Part shown: one piece after another, positions 10,039 through 18,153 of the stretch
How the letters are laid out: every line of letters starts with the position of its first letter
How positions within the stretch are numbered: position 1 is the first letter of the stretch
DNA from: a virus
Taxonomy: Duplodnaviria > Caudoviricetes
Reading direction: 5' to 3' (one strand)
IMG/VR virus record: IMGVR_UViG_3300039156_000048
Coordinates: 37,756 to 101,755 of that record
DNA length: 64,000 nucleotides
Program-made: the position numbers and the translations under genes
The notes under the pieces: model-generated
Told to the model about the DNA's origin: nothing
Seen by the model: only the letters and a program-made list of their open reading frames with translations
The model's database searches: none

Positions 10039-11097
10039 ATGCCTAAGCGAACAGGCTTTTTATATGAGCAAGTCATATCGGTTGAGAACTGCGTATCAGC
10101 AGTAAAAGATATGACGAAAGGAAAAAGCAAAAACAAACGCGCAACAGAAATGAGGAACAACGCACAAAAGTATGGAGAAATGGTTTCCAAGATGTTGAGC
10201 AATGGAACTTGGAAGCCTTCTCCATATAAGGAACACACAATCGAGGAAGGTGTCGGCAGAAAAAGACGGAACATCAAAGTTCCGTGCCTTATCGACCAAA
10301 TCGTCCACCACGCAATCCTCAGGGTCACATCGCCACACATCATGCGCCGGAATTATTATTACAACTGCGGCTCAATTCCCAACGCTGGGCAGAAACGTGC
10401 CACAGATGCTATGAAGCGATGGATGTCTGCCGGAGAAAACAACAAGTATGGCGCACTGTTTGACATCAGGAAGTTTTACGATACATGCCCACACCCGGCT
10501 GTCATGAAAGCGCTTAGAAAAATCTTCAAGGATGAGAAATTTCTGGCGTTGCACCAAACAATACTCGACAGCATGGGCGATGGCCTAGCAATCGGGTTCT
10601 ATCCAAGCCAATGGTATGCCAACCTCGTGTTGATGTGGGTTGATTTTGAGATAAAGCAGAACACAAACCCTAGTTGCCACTATGTCCGCTACATGGATGA
10701 CATGTGCCTATTGTCAAGCAACAAGCGAAAACTGCACCAAACGAGAGTCGCTATCGGGAAACTGCTCGCATCCTGGGGTTTGGAGATGAAGAGCAACTAC
10801 AAGGTTTTTAAGGTTGGTGATGGCTTTGTCCCTTTTCTATCGTACCGATTCTATCACGGATACACGTTTTTGAAGAAAATACTGATGTACCGGATAGTGT
10901 CGAAGGCCAAGGCGTTCAGCCGGAATAAAACGCCGCACAATGCCATGGCAATGATGAGTTATCTTGGTCTGATAAAGCACTGCAACGGATGGACATTCTT
11001 TGTGGACAAAGCCCTTCCGTGTCTTAGTTTAAGGAAATGTAGGAGGATTATATCGTATGAGAGTAGAAATCAGCGAAATGCCCTCACAGCCGTTTGA
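10039..11097 (+). CDS. DGR reverse transcriptase
   Basis: DIRKFY, GLAIGFYPSQ (IGxxxSQ DGR motif), YVRYMDD catalytic motif; compact 352 aa with no maturase or endonuclease domain; adjacent to TR. Confidence 0.95.
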   Translation: MPKRTGFLYEQVISVENCVSAVKDMTKGKSKNKRATEMRNNAQKYGEMVSKMLSNGTWKPSPYKEHTIEEGVGRKRRNIKVPCLIDQIVHHAILRVTSPHIMRRNYYYNCGSIPNAGQKRATDAMKRWMSAGENNKYGALFDIRKFYDTCPHPAVMKALRKIFKDEKFLALHQTILDSMGDGLAIGFYPSQWYANLVLMWVDFEIKQNTNPSCHYVRYMDDMCLLSSNKRKLHQTRVAIGKLLASWGLEMKSNYKVFKVGDGFVPFLSYRFYHGYTFLKKILMYRIVSKAKAFSRNKTPHNAMAMMSYLGLIKHCNGWTFFVDKALPCLSLRKCRRIISYESRNQRNALTAV

Positions 11098-11368
11098 GAT
11101 ATTCAGGGTTGGGGAGGACGCAATCATCCGGTTCTGGGAGAATCCGGAAGAAATTGTCAAAGAGAACGCAAGCAACTGGGCGGTTGACGAATATAAACTG
11201 ACCGTGCCGTGGCGCAAAAACCTTGCCGCCTCAATCGAAGCAAACCTTTCCGTATGGATGGATATGGCGAAAGCTCAGGAGGGCATTACGCCACAAAAGA
11301 CGGTGGAAGAACGTGTCGCAACCGTTGAAGGGGTCGTGACTATGCTTGCGGAGGTGGTATTGCTATGA
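11057..11368 (+). CDS. Hypothetical protein, possible tail-fibre assembly chaperone
   Basis: 103 aa overlapping the RT end; C-terminal TVEERVATVE coil seen in post-fibre genes. Confidence 0.55.
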   Translation: MRVEISEMPSQPFEIFRVGEDAIIRFWENPEEIVKENASNWAVDEYKLTVPWRKNLAASIEANLSVWMDMAKAQEGITPQKTVEERVATVEGVVTMLAEVVLL

Positions 11369-11547
11369 CAGACATAGAAGCAAGGCTTGAGCAGATTGCT
11401 GTTGCCCTCAAGGAAAAGGCTGTTGAAACACAGTCGAGAAAAACAACCGCAAAAGAGGAATACGCAAAGGCGGACAATGTCTTGAACATCAAGTCCATCG
11501 AAGCAAGGCTGAGAATCATTGAAAAATACCTCGGCCTGACCAAGTGA
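11365..11547 (+). CDS. Small coiled-coil hypothetical protein
   Basis: ATGA overlap with previous gene, GGAGG RBS; IEARL repeated twice. Confidence 0.6.
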   Translation: MTDIEARLEQIAVALKEKAVETQSRKTTAKEEYAKADNVLNIKSIEARLRIIEKYLGLTK

Positions 11548-11570
11548 CTAACATTATACATGTAATGTCA
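11548..11570. promoter_or_regulatory. Palindromic site copy 2 (CTAACATTA-tacatg-TAATGTCA)
   Basis: Exact consensus, starts on the base after the stop codon at 11547. Confidence 0.7.
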
Positions 11571-11622
11571 GCTAATCCAAGGAGGAATAAACTATGAAAA
11601 CTTATAAAATGGCGGTGAGTAT

Positions 11623-12225
11623 ATGGCAGTATTAAAGTTTAAGGACGTAATGGGTAACTGGCACAGTATACCGGCGATACAGGGTGCGTCTGCTTACGAA
11701 CAGGCAGTAGATGGCGGCTATATGGGGACGTTGGAAGACTTCTATCTTGCGCTGAATGAGGTTAATGCCGCAGTACAGGCGGCTGGGGATGCAGAAGACT
11801 CAGCCTCTGCCGCCGCAGCATCCGCCGCACAACTGGCCGCTGGCGTGGCGAGTCCGGCGGGAACGTATGCTACTACTGCCGCTTTGGCATCGACTAACCC
11901 TGACCATAGCAAAATCTATGTGGTCACGGCTGATGGTCATTGGTACTACTGGTCTGGAAGTGCGTGGGCTGACGGGGGCGTGTATCAAGCGGTATCCCCA
12001 ATCTACGACTTGATGTTTGATATTAAGGACACCCTCCAGACACCCACCTTCAATGGTGGTAGGTTGACGCAAATCGCTCATACGAACCGTTCTACTTCTG
12101 CCGTTGTGAGAACAGACGTTTTTACCTATGGCCCCGGAACTGTCACGGAAACGAGAACGTTAGCGGGCGGTGCGTCCATTTCCTTTGTTAACAACCTGAC
12201 TACTTACGCGACGGAGGTGGTGTAA
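11623..12225 (+). CDS. Minor tail/fibre-like protein
   Basis: G.SAYEQAVDGGY.GT.EDF motif common in phage fibre proteins; WYYW.G..W.DGG.YQA motif. Confidence 0.6.
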   Translation: MAVLKFKDVMGNWHSIPAIQGASAYEQAVDGGYMGTLEDFYLALNEVNAAVQAAGDAEDSASAAAASAAQLAAGVASPAGTYATTAALASTNPDHSKIYVVTADGHWYYWSGSAWADGGVYQAVSPIYDLMFDIKDTLQTPTFNGGRLTQIAHTNRSTSAVVRTDVFTYGPGTVTETRTLAGGASISFVNNLTTYATEVV

Positions 12226-13014
12226 ATGGGACTTAATTTAGCGCACGTTATCAATCCTGTGATGCCCCAGCAAGCCGGGATTGACCTATACCGTTCCGGG
12301 ACAGCGGAAGCAACATATACTATCCAATATATGAAGTTTGGCTCTCGGTTCAGCCACGTAATTATCAAGAACGAAAGCAAAGATTATGACATTCAATTCA
12401 ATATCGACATATACGAATCCTACGCGGCGTATACCGGATTCATCGTCAAGGCAGGGGAGCAGTTCGAGGCAGACATATGCGGGCACGCGCTATGCTACAA
12501 GAAACTGACCGCCGTTGCTACGAATCCTCAATTTAGATACATGATTACCGGGCCTGTTACGAGAAAGAAATTTTACCCTGTTGGTTGGGACAATGTGGAG
12601 GAATTTACAGCTGGGGCTGTGGTTGGCACAGCGTCGTATGCAGATATGACAACATATTTATACCTGAAAGCCGAAAGAATAAGCGGGGTAAACGCAAATG
12701 TCCAGTGCGTGTCTGCGGAAGAAGTTGATTTCACAAGGCTGAAAACACTGTATGTGGATTGGGAGAACCTTGGCACAACGGGATCAGTCGGGAGGATTAC
12801 CGTTTCGAGTTGGGATGGTTATTCCTATGCGGGTGAGGTTGCTTTGTTTTCATCTTTTGACACCAGCAAAAGCGGTGCTTGGGCGAGAACAACAACCGCC
12901 ATTGATGTAAGCACGAAGATTGGTTATGGGAAGGTCACGGTAAAGGCTTTCGCAGAAGTCGCGGACGGAAGGGTATGCGAACTCAAAATCTACAAGATTT
13001 GGGGTGAAGCGTAA
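12226..13014 (+). CDS. Hypothetical beta-rich structural or carbohydrate-binding protein
   Basis: Abuts neighbouring genes; beta-sandwich-like composition. Confidence 0.5.
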   Translation: MGLNLAHVINPVMPQQAGIDLYRSGTAEATYTIQYMKFGSRFSHVIIKNESKDYDIQFNIDIYESYAAYTGFIVKAGEQFEADICGHALCYKKLTAVATNPQFRYMITGPVTRKKFYPVGWDNVEEFTAGAVVGTASYADMTTYLYLKAERISGVNANVQCVSAEEVDFTRLKTLYVDWENLGTTGSVGRITVSSWDGYSYAGEVALFSSFDTSKSGAWARTTTAIDVSTKIGYGKVTVKAFAEVADGRVCELKIYKIWGEA

Positions 13015-13814
13015 TGGGATGGCATGTAGATATACGCCCAAGCTGGACAACCAGAAAAATAGAACCCGCAGTCTGCTATTGCTTTGACGATTCAAGCCGC
13101 TCTGTTTACCTCTACGCACGGCCACACTTTGTCAATGAGGGCGTATGCGGGACATTCTTTATGAACTCCGGGAGCATCGGGGGCGCTCCGGGTCAGTACG
13201 GAGAAAAGTGTTCGTGGGCTGAAGTGGAGGAAATGGCGCAAGAGTTTATGTCCACGGGCACCGGTATAGACATACAAGACCATACGCACGGACATACGCC
13301 TCTTAATCCTGCTTCAAGGACGACAATAACGAACCTTGAAGCAGAGATACAGCTGGGGTTTACGACTTTCGCCCAACACGGGATATTCCCGAATTTTATG
13401 GCTTACCCTGGCGGAGCTATTAATTTAAGGGGAAAACAACTTTTACAGAAATATTATTTAGGCGCAAGAAATGGAAATGCCGCAGGCCCTATATGCAACC
13501 TTGACGATGTTGACCTCTACCAACTTGCTGGGCAAGGAGTTTATCTTGGGGACACTATGAAACTTACAAAATTAGAAGATTCGAGATACAGTATTGAAAA
13601 TCTTATAGAGGATTTAGACGAAAAACCAGGGATACATTTCGGGTGCATTCACAGCCTATACCCTGTCGGTGGGACACCGAACGGGGTACGGGAGGACGTT
13701 TTTCTTACTTCCATTCAAATGCTCAAAGCAGCTGGCATACGAATTATTTCAGTTGCTCAAGCATACAACGAACTTTCAAACCGAGGCCCCACTTGGTGTG
13801 CCGGGCCAACATAA
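13014..13814 (+). CDS. Polysaccharide deacetylase (NodB/CE4 family)
   Basis: CFDD, HTHGH and AYPGG motifs of CE4 esterases. Confidence 0.85.
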   Translation: MGWHVDIRPSWTTRKIEPAVCYCFDDSSRSVYLYARPHFVNEGVCGTFFMNSGSIGGAPGQYGEKCSWAEVEEMAQEFMSTGTGIDIQDHTHGHTPLNPASRTTITNLEAEIQLGFTTFAQHGIFPNFMAYPGGAINLRGKQLLQKYYLGARNGNAAGPICNLDDVDLYQLAGQGVYLGDTMKLTKLEDSRYSIENLIEDLDEKPGIHFGCIHSLYPVGGTPNGVREDVFLTSIQMLKAAGIRIISVAQAYNELSNRGPTWCAGPT

Positions 13815-13908
13815 TGTAAGGAGGACACATGGCAACAATCAAACTTGACAGCCTGCGGACGGGGTGATGCAAATGGGGAACTACGCGGTGAGATTCATCA
13901 ACACGATA

Positions 13909-13931
13909 TAACATTATAAGACAAATGTTAG
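13909..13931. promoter_or_regulatory. Palindromic site copy 3 (reverse orientation, 2 mismatches)
   Basis: TAACATTA-taagac-AAATGTTAG upstream of the endolysin gene. Confidence 0.55.
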
Positions 13932-13988
13932 ACAAACCATAAGATGGATTATGAAAGGACAAAGGTCCTTTTTTTGATTGGAGGAAAA

Positions 13989-15713
13989 ATGAAGCTATAC
14001 GAAACTTTACAAACAAAAAACAAGGGCTATATCCAGGCGAGGTCGATCAGACCAGTCGGGATTTTTGTCCACAGCACTGGGGCAAGCAACCCTGAGTTAA
14101 GACGATATGTAGATGCTCCTGAGTTGCTGGGGAAAAACCTGTACGACAATCATTGGAACAAGGGTACTGCAACCAAATCAATGCACGCTTTCATCGGATT
14201 GGACAAAAACAAGGAAGTTGCTGTCTGCCATACGCTGCCTTACAACATTGCTTGTTGGGGTGCGGGTGGTGGGTCAAAGGGGTCATACAATTATGATCCG
14301 CAGGCACACATCCAGTTTGAAGTGTGTGAAGACAATGCTCCTAGGAGCGGGAATCCGCCTACGGCAGAGCAAACCGAGTATTTCAAAAAAGCGTGGTTGG
14401 CGGCTGAAGAATACTGCGCCTACCTGTGCAAACTATTAAAACTCCCGGCTTCGTCCATTGTTGGGCACTACGAAGCTGCGAAACTTGGCTATGCCTCTTA
14501 CCATTCCGATCCTGAGAATTGGCTCAGGGTTTATGGCGACAGCATGGACAAATTCAGAGCGAGAGTTGCGAAACGTCTTCAGGGTGAAGTCGTTCAACCA
14601 GAACCCAAGCCCGATCCTAAACCCGAACCGCAACCAGAATCAGAGCAACCTAAAATTACTCTTCCCGCCACTATCAAACTACAAATTACTAAGCCTGAGA
14701 ATGCTAAATTCTTTGGGAAACCAATCGGCACAATTATCTCTTTACCGACTGAAGAATACATAAAAGGGGTTGTCCCCGCTGAAGTGGGGAACCCTCCTCT
14801 CGAAGCGGGCATTGCACAAGCAATTGTGGCAAGGTCACTCGCTCTTTCTGGCCGTTGGCCTGACGTCATCAGTGACACCACAAGCCATCAAGCCTATAGC
14901 GGAGAAAGAAGTGCCGATCCTGATTACTTCAGAGCACACCAGGCGGTTAAAGATAGCAAAGGAATTGTCCTTCTTTATAAAGGGAAGATTGCGTCTACCT
15001 TCTACGCTGATTCCAATGGCGGAAAAATGGTTGCTTCAGATATGCATTGGAATCAAAAAACTCCCTATGAACAACGAGAACACATCCCATACCTTGTCTC
15101 TAAAGACGACCCTTGGACTCTTGCTTCAGGTAAACCTTTCAATGGGCATCCTGTCGGCATGAGTCAACAGGGTGCAATTTGGGCGGCAAAAAATGGCATC
15201 AAGCACGAAGAGATTCTTGCCTTCTACTATCCTGGAACAGTCCTTTCTTCAAAGGTAGCGACCACTCCTGGCACCCCTCCGGTTACTCCTCCAGATTCAA
15301 AAGATTATCTTTATAGGGCAATGGTTGTTACGGCAAATCCGCTCTCTCTTAATATCTGGTCGAACACAAAAAAGGGATCAAGCCTTAAGAAAGTTCCGAA
15401 GGGTGCTTTCGTTGAAGTCTTGAAAGAGGTTAATTCCACCTGGGCCCAAGTAAGATATAACGGAACCATAGGATATTCCGATCGCCAATACCTAAAACCG
15501 CACAATGAAACCGGAACCTATCTTGCGACTGTTGTCACGATGTACCCATTGTCTTTAAACATCTGGGCAGCTGCCAATAAAGGTAAAAGCCTTGGAAAAG
15601 TTCCTAAGGGAGCTGTTGTCACGGTTCTTGGTGAGGTTGATTCAACGTGGGCGAAGGTTCAATACGGGAATATCATTGGCTATTCTGATAGGAAGTATCT
15701 GAAAAGGGTGTAA
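13989..15713 (+). CDS. Endolysin: N-acetylmuramoyl-L-alanine amidase + SpoIID/LytB lytic transglycosylase domain + two SH3b domains
   Basis: HSTG..SMHAF..H..HSDP amidase motifs; PE-rich linker; EEYIKGVVPAEV..AQAIVARS..HQAY..GH.VGMSQ.GA..EILAFYYPG SpoIID motifs; two LNIW...WA.V.Y...GY repeats; start moved to the ATG after a GGAGG RBS. Confidence 0.88.
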   Translation: MKLYETLQTKNKGYIQARSIRPVGIFVHSTGASNPELRRYVDAPELLGKNLYDNHWNKGTATKSMHAFIGLDKNKEVAVCHTLPYNIACWGAGGGSKGSYNYDPQAHIQFEVCEDNAPRSGNPPTAEQTEYFKKAWLAAEEYCAYLCKLLKLPASSIVGHYEAAKLGYASYHSDPENWLRVYGDSMDKFRARVAKRLQGEVVQPEPKPDPKPEPQPESEQPKITLPATIKLQITKPENAKFFGKPIGTIISLPTEEYIKGVVPAEVGNPPLEAGIAQAIVARSLALSGRWPDVISDTTSHQAYSGERSADPDYFRAHQAVKDSKGIVLLYKGKIASTFYADSNGGKMVASDMHWNQKTPYEQREHIPYLVSKDDPWTLASGKPFNGHPVGMSQQGAIWAAKNGIKHEEILAFYYPGTVLSSKVATTPGTPPVTPPDSKDYLYRAMVVTANPLSLNIWSNTKKGSSLKKVPKGAFVEVLKEVNSTWAQVRYNGTIGYSDRQYLKPHNETGTYLATVVTMYPLSLNIWAAANKGKSLGKVPKGAVVTVLGEVDSTWAKVQYGNIIGYSDRKYLKRV

Positions 15714-15715
15714 AA

Positions 15716-16009
15716 ATGAACAAGAAGTATTTTGAATTCTCTAAGGTAATTGTCCGGAGAGCGTTGATTGTTTTTCTTTCCCAGATGCTTTTAACAATGG
15801 CAATTATATTCTTCCGGCCTGAATCCGCAATGCAACTTGTCAGTTTGATGAATGCAGCGATACCACTGTACATCGTTATCTTTGGCGGATATTTCGGCAA
15901 GGCCGGTTTAGAGAATTATAACAAAATTAAGTTCCAAGCTATTGAAACAATGGAAGGCTGTGACCCTCTTGAGCCATCAAATATTTCTGATGGTGGGTAT
16001 GAGGTATGA
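15716..16009 (+). CDS. Holin-like membrane protein (2 TM)
   Basis: Two hydrophobic segments, directly after the endolysin. Confidence 0.6.
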   Translation: MNKKYFEFSKVIVRRALIVFLSQMLLTMAIIFFRPESAMQLVSLMNAAIPLYIVIFGGYFGKAGLENYNKIKFQAIETMEGCDPLEPSNISDGGYEV

Positions 16010-16020
16010 GGAGATAATAT

Positions 16021-16413
16021 ATGGAAAATTTAATTGATATCGGTTTGACAATTTTACAAGCACTGATTCTTGCTGTTGCCCCTATTCTTGCGGGTTACAT
16101 TATTCAGTTTGTGAAAGCTAAAGCAGCAAACTTAAAGCAGAGTACAGATAATAGTTTTATCTGGAATATTATTAATCTTATTGAGGGTATTGTGGCTAAT
16201 GTAGTTGCGTATGTCCAACAGACGTATGTAGATAACCTCAAGAAAGACGGCAAATTCAACGCTGAAGAACAAAAGATCGCATTCGAGAAAGCATATAACG
16301 GAGCGCTTGAATTAATCAGCGAAGAGCAAAAGGCTCTTATCGAATCTCTCTTTGGGAACTTTGGTGACTGGCTTAGTATCTTAATTGAGGCGGCTGTTCG
16401 TAATCAAAAATAA
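16021..16413 (+). CDS. Holin (LL-H-like)
   Basis: Single N-terminal TM; V..VQQTYV..LKK.G.F and IEAAV motifs. Confidence 0.7.
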   Translation: MENLIDIGLTILQALILAVAPILAGYIIQFVKAKAANLKQSTDNSFIWNIINLIEGIVANVVAYVQQTYVDNLKKDGKFNAEEQKIAFEKAYNGALELISEEQKALIESLFGNFGDWLSILIEAAVRNQK

Positions 16414-16430
16414 ATTAATGTGAGGCTTGT

Positions 16431-16898
16431 ATGACAGGAGAACAGATAACTGATATCCTAAAATTAATAAGCGGGGGCATAACCTCTGCTTTAGTTATTT
16501 TTGGGTTCCTTGTCGCTTTGATTAAACCGATAAGGGTTAAATTTACACAATGGATCAATAAACAAGCACGGACAGAGAATATAATCGGAAGGCTCGACAA
16601 CATTGACGCGACGATGAACAAGGTCAACCAGGATGTGGGGGAGATTAAAGTACAACTGGAAGATCATATTGCTAAGAATAATACAGATTTTCAACGCTCA
16701 CAAGCAGCACATATGATGTCTCTCAGATGCCAGATACGGGAGATTTGGACAAGAAACTACCCTAACAAGGAATTGACTATAAGGGAGCAAAGAGATATTT
16801 ATGACCTATATGAAGCCTACTCTTCTTTGGGTGGGAATGGGTATATTAAAAGCATTCTGGAAGAAATGAAGGAATGGAAAGTTATCACCAAGATATAA
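16431..16898 (+). CDS. Membrane-anchored coiled-coil lysis-cassette protein
   Basis: N-terminal TM, coiled coil, C-terminal Y..LGGNG motif. Confidence 0.6.
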   Translation: MTGEQITDILKLISGGITSALVIFGFLVALIKPIRVKFTQWINKQARTENIIGRLDNIDATMNKVNQDVGEIKVQLEDHIAKNNTDFQRSQAAHMMSLRCQIREIWTRNYPNKELTIREQRDIYDLYEAYSSLGGNGYIKSILEEMKEWKVITKI

Positions 16899-16912
16899 AT
16901 GGATAAAAAAAT

Positions 16913-16945
16913 AGGGGATACCGTAATTGGTATCCCCCTTTTTTT
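16913..16945 (+). terminator. Rho-independent terminator ending the late operon
   Basis: GGGGATACC-gtaatt-GGTATCCCC followed by a T run, with an A run upstream. Confidence 0.85.
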
Positions 16946-16970
16946 ATTATACTTTTATAAATGACAAGTG

Positions 16971-16999
16971 TTGACATAGGCACCGTGACATGGTAAAGT
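16971..16999 (+). promoter_or_regulatory. sigmaA-type promoter with extended -10
   Basis: TTGACA-N17-TAAAGT with TG at the extended position; upstream of the tRNA fragment and integrase. Confidence 0.7.
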
Positions 17000-17099
17000 T
17001 CTCCTTGGCAAACTGAACAATCAGTTGTCGAAAAAGGGGATTTTCCACAAGTAATCAGCAGGTCTCCGCCAAAAGTCCTTATAGAATAAGGAAAAAATT

Positions 17100-17158
17100 G
17101 CTGGTGTAGCTCAATTGGCAGAGCAGCTGATTTGTAATCAGCAGGTTGCGGGTTCAAG
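17100..17158 (+). pseudogene. Truncated tRNA-Thr(UGU), 5' part only; probable attP core region
   Basis: GCTGGTG acceptor 5' strand, D-arm, GCTGA-TTTGTAA-TCAGC anticodon arm, GCGGG-TTCAAG; the 3' T-stem and acceptor strand do not pair. Confidence 0.8.
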
Positions 17159-17259
17159 GAGATTCAGCCAAAAAACTGAGGAAAATCAACACTTTTTCGG
17201 CAAAAGTTAGGACAACTGATTGTACAAGTTTGACTACTGTAATCAGGAGTCCTACTTTT

Positions 17260-18153
17260 ATGACTATTACTGTTGATTGGTTATTCAAAAAATTCATTGC
17301 TGAGTGTTCTGTTTACAACAAGTCTTATCCAACAATTAGGTGCTATGAATCAAGCTTCCGAAAATTGCAAGCATTTAATCCTGCTATACTGAATGAACCG
17401 ATTCACAGTATCAGCAAACAGTTTGTAAAAAGTTACACTGTTTATCTTTCAGAACTGGATATCTCTACTGCGTCTGCCAATCATTACATAAGGGATTTAA
17501 GGGCATTCCTGTATTGGTGTATGGAAAATGAGTATCTTTTGCCGTACAAGATCCACTTGATTAAAGAGAATCAAACGTTGAAAGATCCATATTCAAGAGA
17601 TGAAATTGCCGTGCTGTTACGAAAACCATTAATCTCTGATCCATTTACCCAATGGAGAAATTGGGCTATCGTTAATTGGGTATTAGGGGTTGCGTCAAGA
17701 GCTTCGACTATCGTAAATGTTTCAATGAAAGATGTTGATTTTAAAGATGATAGAATTTTGACAAGACATAATAAGAATGGCAAAATATATTCAATTGTAA
17801 TGCCTCCCCTTTTAAAGAAGGTTCTCTTGGAATACTTGCGACACCGGACAGTTGATAGCGAATATCTTTTTTCTGCCGTGAACGGGGAACAGTTAAAGGT
17901 GGGGGGGTTAAGCCATTCCATCGCTAAGTATAATCGAAGCAGAGGGATTAACAAAACCTCAACCCACCTTTTTAGGCATTCCTTTGGGGTTCTCTGGGCG
18001 GAGAATGGCGGTGACGTATACAGGCTTCAAAAAATCTTTAACCATTCAGACATTCGCACAACCCAAAAGTATATTAATTTATACGGGGACAATAAGGATG
18101 ATGAAAAATTCATGGAGTTTAATCCGCTTCAATCCATTAAAAGAAAACCTTAA
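17260..18153 (+). CDS. int: Tyrosine integrase
   Basis: SAM-like N-domain; catalytic R (SRAST), K, HLFRH, H..I.TT.KY; AGGAG RBS before ATG 17260. Confidence 0.9.
   Translation: MTITVDWLFKKFIAECSVYNKSYPTIRCYESSFRKLQAFNPAILNEPIHSISKQFVKSYTVYLSELDISTASANHYIRDLRAFLYWCMENEYLLPYKIHLIKENQTLKDPYSRDEIAVLLRKPLISDPFTQWRNWAIVNWVLGVASRASTIVNVSMKDVDFKDDRILTRHNKNGKIYSIVMPPLLKKVLLEYLRHRTVDSEYLFSAVNGEQLKVGGLSHSIAKYNRSRGINKTSTHLFRHSFGVLWAENGGDVYRLQKIFNHSDIRTTQKYINLYGDNKDDEKFMEFNPLQSIKRKP

Noticed and set aside
9803-10105. 100-aa ORF resembling the target C-terminus
   Set aside because: It is the translation of the DGR template repeat, has no convincing RBS, and the TR acts as RNA
10039-11097. RT as group II intron, retron or Abi RT
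   Set aside because: No maturase or endonuclease domain; the adjacent TR/VR pair with A-only mismatches identifies a DGR
1984-13814. A second DGR target in the other tail genes
   Set aside because: No further TR-like sequence seen by eye; targets outside the window cannot be excluded
17100-17175. Functional tRNA-Thr
   Set aside because: The T-stem 3' strand and acceptor 3' strand do not pair
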